Made by a program: the position numbers and the translations under genes
Notes under the pieces: model-generated
Told to the model about the DNA's origin: nothing
Database searches by the model: none
Seen by the model: the letters and a program-made list of their open reading frames with translations, nothing else
Assembly (NCBI GenBank): GCA_017403155.1
Contig: JAFQOP010000003.1
Location: 2,504 to 66,503, forward strand
Direction of reading: 5' to 3'
Source: Clostridia bacterium
GTDB lineage: Bacteria; Bacillota; Clostridia; Oscillospirales; CAG-272
DNA length: 64,000 bases
In this document: in pieces, positions 63,792-64,000 of the stretch
How positions within the stretch are numbered: the stretch's first letter is position 1
Layout of the letters: each line of letters opens with the position of its first letter

Positions 63792-63912
63792 TTATCGGTG
63801 ACGCAGTCGCCGTATATCATCGGCACGAGGTGCCGCACATCACCAAAGCCCGTTGGGCTTTGCATATCATTAAAGCCGCAGGCTTTGGAAATCATCAATT
63901 CCACAGAATTGC
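63792..63912. repeat. third motif/hairpin array (motif ATATCAT-like, five interleaved short hairpins)
   Basis: Motif copies: ttatc 63792, gtatatcatc 63812, gcacatcacc 63835, gcatatcatt 63862, ggaaatcatc 63888. They alternate with hairpins ggtgac-gca-gtcgcc, ggcac-gag-gtgcc, aaagccc-gtt-gggcttt, aaagcc-gca-ggcttt and aattc-caca-gaatt. A terminator follows. Confidence 0.6.
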
Positions 63913-63915
63913 ATT

Positions 63916-63950
63916 AAAAAAGAGGAACAGAAACCTGTTCCTCTTTTTCT
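63916..63950. terminator. bidirectional rho-independent terminator
   Basis: agaggaacag (63921-63930) pairs with ctgttcctct (63935-63944), flanked by an A-run and a T-run. Confidence 0.8.
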
Positions 63951-64000
63951 TATTTGGTTTTCTTTTTCCTGTAATGCTTTGAGCGCTTCTTCTTTATATA
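63950..64000 (-). CDS. 3' end of an unidentified gene (Lys/Arg-rich C-terminus), remainder outside the window
   Basis: My own reverse translation gives ...YIKKKRSKHYRKKKTK-stop, with TAA at 63952-63950 directly followed by the terminator. Too short to identify. Confidence 0.3.
   Translation of the reverse strand, partial: YIKKKRSKHYRKKKTK

Noticed and set aside
62855-63904. 349-aa ORF on the minus strand
   Set aside because: Antisense to the radical SAM gene, which has the CxxxCxxC motif and a strong SD. It also extends through the hairpin array.

Overview
64-kb chromosomal window that looks like a spore-forming anaerobic Firmicute (Clostridia-like). Support: SpoIVA, desulfoferrodoxin, many lipobox lipoproteins, and many near-perfect TTGACA-17-TATAAT promoters. 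GC is mid-50s % by eye, with two AT-richer patches at about 1-1000 and 48.5-51.2 kb. I support about 46 protein genes and one tRNA-Trp. I found no rRNA, CRISPR array, transposase or integrase.

Gene order:
- partial beta-propeller protein
- two tandem 267-bp motif/hairpin repeat units next to tRNA-Trp
- candidate B12-riboswitch operon (DUF4430 lipoprotein plus membrane protein)
- feoA-feoB-Cys-rich protein operon carrying three copies of a 16-bp palindrome
- galM plus an MBL hydrolase
- three consecutive lipoproteins (1626, 622 and 262 aa) that share a Cys/Asp-rich N-terminal module
- convergent operon of a CxxC-tailed membrane protein and a NapH-like polyferredoxin fused to an outward-facing thioredoxin/TlpA domain
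- a roughly 16.7-kb operon: 2435-aa S8/PA/Big2/LRR envelope protease, GLUG lipoprotein, Opp-type peptide ABC transporter, and two small extras
- spoIVA, dfx, a degenerate BPL-fold protein, an aminotransferase, a YitT protein, ligA
- teichoic-acid-like cluster (two GT2-TagF fusions flanking tagG/tagH)
- fucI, a GH94 gene remnant, an acyl-ACP thioesterase, trxA
- 1628-aa surface protein with a cytoplasmic uL15-like tail
- in-frame RluA-AlaX fusion, dCMP deaminase, PflX-like radical SAM enzyme

The best candidate for an undescribed system is 9.0-19.3 kb. I read it as an extracytoplasmic FeS-to-thiol redox module together with its putative Cys-motif lipoprotein clients. All calls come from reading the translated ORFs and the DNA by eye; no database search was run.
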